DNA of 64,000 bases from Candidatus Woesearchaeota archaeon. Lineage in GTDB: Archaea; Nanobdellota; Nanobdellia; Woesearchaeales; JASKKU01. Of the stretch, positions 61,268 through 64,000 are shown one piece after another. Each line of letters starts with the position of its first letter. Positions within the stretch are counted from its first letter, which is position 1. A model generated the notes under the pieces. The model ran no database searches and was not told where the DNA came from. It saw nothing but the letters and a program-made list of their open reading frames with translations. The DNA is taken from the NCBI GenBank assembly GCA_030154045.1, contig JASKKU010000002.1, forward strand, positions 7,663 to 71,662, written 5' to 3'. The position numbers and the translations under genes are program-made.

Positions 61268-62290
61268 ATGAGCAAAGTATATTTCTCAAAAGACCTAGGT
61301 AAAGTTTTAGAGAAGCTTGATTTAAGCAAGTTAGGAAAAAGAGTCGGCATAAAACTTCATTTTGGTGAGAAAGGTAATGTTACCTATTTAAAACCAGAAA
61401 TTGCTAAAAAGGTCTATGAATATATAAAAGATAAAAAGAAAGACTTAGAAAAGATTGCTTTAGTTGAGTGTAATGTGCTTTACAGAGGAGAACGGATGAC
61501 AAGGACAAGCCATATTGCTTTAGCAAAAGAACACGGCTTTGGTTTTGCTGACATAGATATCCTTGATGGAGAATACGGTGAAGAAACCTTAACTTTGAAA
61601 GTAGAAGGTGGAATTATTAATGAGGCAAAAGTTGGCAAAGGTTTAGAAAGGTATGATTCTCTTGTTGTTTTAACCCATTTCAAAGGTCATGTTATGGCTG
61701 GTTATGGGGGAGCTTTCAAAAATTTAGGTATGGGCTTAGGCAGTAGAGCAGGAAAACTGCATATGCACGCAAACGTTAGTCCAAAAATCTCTAAATCAAA
61801 ATGTATTGGTTGCGGGACTTGCATAAGAAACTGCGGTTCGGATGCCATTGTTATGAAGAATAACAAGGCAGAAATCATTAATGACAAATGCACAGGTTGC
61901 GCTATGTGCATTGCTGTCTGCCCAGTAGGCGCTGTAAAAATTCCTTGGCTGAGTTCTACTAGTAGCTTATTGCAGAAAAAAATAGTAGATTATTCTAAAG
62001 CAATTATTGAATACTTGAATAATCGTTTGGTTTACATTAATGCGCTAGTTAATATAACCAAGGACTGTGATTGTATGGGTAAAAAACAAAAACCTATTGT
62101 TGAAGACATAGGCTTCTTAGTAAGCAACGACCCTGTAGCTATAGATAAGGCCAGTTTGGATTTGGTTAATAAGGCAACACATCACTTGTTTTCTATGATA
62201 AATGTCGCTAATAAAAACCTTCCAACAAAGTATGCAGAGAGTTTATCTCTTGGTTCTTCCGAATACGAATTGATTAATCTTGATTCCTGA
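61268..62290 (+). CDS. DUF362-like protein with a 2x[4Fe-4S] ferredoxin domain
   Basis: Two CxxCxxCxxxCP motifs are present (CIGCGTCIRNCGSDAI and CTGCAMCIAVCPVGAV). The N-terminus resembles the DUF362 fold. Confidence 0.5.
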   Translation: MSKVYFSKDLGKVLEKLDLSKLGKRVGIKLHFGEKGNVTYLKPEIAKKVYEYIKDKKKDLEKIALVECNVLYRGERMTRTSHIALAKEHGFGFADIDILDGEYGEETLTLKVEGGIINEAKVGKGLERYDSLVVLTHFKGHVMAGYGGAFKNLGMGLGSRAGKLHMHANVSPKISKSKCIGCGTCIRNCGSDAIVMKNNKAEIINDKCTGCAMCIAVCPVGAVKIPWLSSTSSLLQKKIVDYSKAIIEYLNNRLVYINALVNITKDCDCMGKKQKPIVEDIGFLVSNDPVAIDKASLDLVNKATHHLFSMINVANKNLPTKYAESLSLGSSEYELINLDS

Positions 62291-62348
62291 TTTTTATCAA
62301 AATCTTTAAATAAAACGCACGCATCTTTACAACAAAACTGGTGATTTT

Positions 62349-62972
62349 ATGATATCAAAAAAACTGTTAAAAGATAAAGAAGTCAAACAAAAGTTGTCAG
62401 AAGACTGGGTAAAAGCAAGGATTCTTCTAGAAATGATTGGAAAGCCTAAAGATTTCCTAGTTCAAAAACTTGAGGAGCATATACTAAATGCGGAAAAGGT
62501 TGATGGTGTTAAGATAATCTCTTATGAAATTGAAGAACCTGAAGAAAAAGAGCAGTTCTTTTCTACTTTTGCTGAGGTTGAGTTGTTGTTCAAAGACCAG
62601 ACGCGGTTGATTTACTTCTGTTTTGAATTCTTGCCGGCGCATATTGAAATCACTGATCCGGAAGAGTTCTTGTTTACTGCAAAGGACTTAACAGACATAT
62701 TAAATGATTTAATCATAAAACTACATTCCTGGGATAAGACTGTTAGAGTTATCAATGAGCAGAATAAGATACTTTACAACAACCAGTCTGTTTTAATCGA
62801 GAATATGCTGTATTTATCATTGAGAACCGGACCTAAGACAATACAACAGCTAGAAAGAGATATTGGTTTGCCTTCAAAATCTTTTTGGGATGTGGTTGAT
62901 AAAATGAAGAAGAAAGGTTTGATTGTTGAAGAAGGTTCAAAACTTGCATTAGCAAGAAGACCTAGCAATTAG
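62349..62972 (+). CDS. hypothetical protein with a C-terminal winged helix (possible ScpA-like partner of ScpB)
   Basis: The C-terminal helix-turn-helix is TIQQLERDIGLPSKSFWDVVDKMKKKGLIVEEG. It sits directly upstream of scpB. No canonical ScpA N-terminal motif is present. Confidence 0.25.
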   Translation: MISKKLLKDKEVKQKLSEDWVKARILLEMIGKPKDFLVQKLEEHILNAEKVDGVKIISYEIEEPEEKEQFFSTFAEVELLFKDQTRLIYFCFEFLPAHIEITDPEEFLFTAKDLTDILNDLIIKLHSWDKTVRVINEQNKILYNNQSVLIENMLYLSLRTGPKTIQQLERDIGLPSKSFWDVVDKMKKKGLIVEEGSKLALARRPSN

Positions 62973-62982
62973 AAAGAGAAAA

Positions 62983-63582
62983 ATGGAGCATAATGAGATT
63001 ATTAACAAAATTGGGACAATTCTTTTTATGTTTGGAAAGCCTGTAAAGTTTTCCAAGATTTCAAGACTCCTAAATCTAAAAAACAAAGAAGTTGAAAAGT
63101 ATCTACTAGAGTTAAAACAAAAACTTGAATCTGATAAAGGTTTTTTAAAATTAACTATTTTGGATGAACAGGCTTTTCTAACAGTTAGGGAACCTTACTC
63201 AGAACTTGCGCGAAAGATTGTTGACGAAATTGACCTACCTAAATCCTTGATAGAAACACTTTCAGTCATCGCAATACTTGCTCCAGTTGAACAGTCTGAG
63301 ATTATTAAGTTAAGGAACAACAAGGCTTATGATCACATCTCACAACTAGATAAAATGGGTTTTGTCAAGAAGACTAAATCAGGTAGAACTTTCACTATAA
63401 ATCTAACCAAGAAATTCTTTGACTATTTTGACATAGACGAACAAGAGTTTAGAAATAAGTTCAAGGACAGAAAAGATTTGAAACAGAAACTTTCAGAAGT
63501 CCAGGAATACATCTCAAGGTATGAGAGTGAGCAACAGAAAGATAACCCTAACCAAGAAAACCTTATTCAAAAATCGGACTAA
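62983..63582 (+). CDS. scpB: segregation and condensation protein B
   Basis: It has tandem winged helices. LIETLSVIAILAPVEQSEIIKLRNNKAYDHISQLDKMGFVKKTKSGRTFTINLTKKFFDYFDI matches the ScpB consensus ([24 protein letters not shown]...GRPILYGTT..FL..FGL). Confidence 0.6.
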   Translation: MEHNEIINKIGTILFMFGKPVKFSKISRLLNLKNKEVEKYLLELKQKLESDKGFLKLTILDEQAFLTVREPYSELARKIVDEIDLPKSLIETLSVIAILAPVEQSEIIKLRNNKAYDHISQLDKMGFVKKTKSGRTFTINLTKKFFDYFDIDEQEFRNKFKDRKDLKQKLSEVQEYISRYESEQQKDNPNQENLIQKSD

Positions 63583-63976
63583 TCATCTGAATAGTTCTTT
63601 TAAACGAGGTAAAGAGGAACTTTAAGGTTTTATTTTCACATTTGTCTTTTAATCTGCTTACTTTTTCATAGATTTTTAATAGATTCTGTTTCTTCTCGCG
63701 ATTAAAGTAGATGTTTGTTAACTCTATAAAAACAGATTCAAATTCTTTAAGAGTATCATTTACAATTCCTTCTTCAACCACCAATTCAAAGGAGTCCATT
63801 ATGTTTTCAAAACCCTGTACTAACAGAATCTCATCATCTTTGTTTTCAAGCTGAGTTCTTAATGCCCTTATAGAATAGAAAAACAACCTATTAAGCTCGT
63901 GGTCCTTCTCTTTAAAATTTGGATATTTCCTTTCTTTTAAAAGGGTTTCAACAGCATCTTTGACTAATTCTCGCAT
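63563..63976 (-). CDS. hypothetical protein (137 aa)
   Basis: This ORF is convergent with scpB, overlapping it by 20 nt. No motif was recognised. Confidence 0.25.
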   Translation of the reverse strand: MRELVKDAVETLLKERKYPNFKEKDHELNRLFFYSIRALRTQLENKDDEILLVQGFENIMDSFELVVEEGIVNDTLKEFESVFIELTNIYFNREKKQNLLKIYEKVSRLKDKCENKTLKFLFTSFKRTIQMISPIFE

Positions 63977-64000
63977 TTTGAATACAAGTTTATCCAGAAC

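Noticed and set aside
62349-62972. Calling this gene scpA
   Set aside because: It has only positional support (upstream of scpB) and a C-terminal winged helix. It lacks the conserved ScpA N-terminal motif, so it is kept as hypothetical.

Overview
The window is a 64 kb chromosomal segment from a very AT-rich, compact genome whose information-processing genes are archaeal. These include RadA, aIF5B, SecY/Sec61-type translocase, an archaeo-eukaryotic primase, an NreA-family protein, aMBF1, a GINS-like protein, a Nip7-like protein, ZPR1 and a Fap7-like kinase. An intron-containing tRNA and an RNase P RNA are also present. Mixed among these are typically bacterial genes: groES-groEL, lspA, gyrA, rlmH and ABC-2/YhgE-like transporters. 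That mosaic is what is reported for small DPANN-type archaea, but this placement is inference. Genes are tightly packed on both strands, and many pairs have ATGA or TGATG overlaps suggesting translational coupling. Housekeeping calls include ValRS-like and CysRS tRNA synthetases, a fused PriS-PriL-like primase, GyrA, a Ski2-like helicase and ScpB. Two tRNAs are called: Val-CAC, and Leu-UAG carrying an intron of about 42 nt. An RNase P RNA sits in a GC-rich island. The most unusual region is 42.1-54.1 kb. It holds a 2057-aa cysteine-rich cell-surface protein with a signal peptide, six DNDCDGLIDEG MopE-like motifs, thrombospondin-type-3-like Ca-binding repeats, a roughly 0.8 kb internal duplication, three C-terminal DxDCGG repeats and a TM anchor. 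Four small genes translationally coupled to it encode proteins whose N-termini resemble archaeal class III (type IV pilin-like) signal peptides. Next come three coupled coiled-coil proteins on the opposite strand, then a lamin-tail-domain surface glycoprotein dense in N-glycosylation sequons. Immediately upstream of the giant gene is a 1052-aa low-complexity coiled-coil protein. Together these look like a previously uncharacterised cell-surface, attachment or pilus-like module. No CRISPR array, transposase or integrase was seen.
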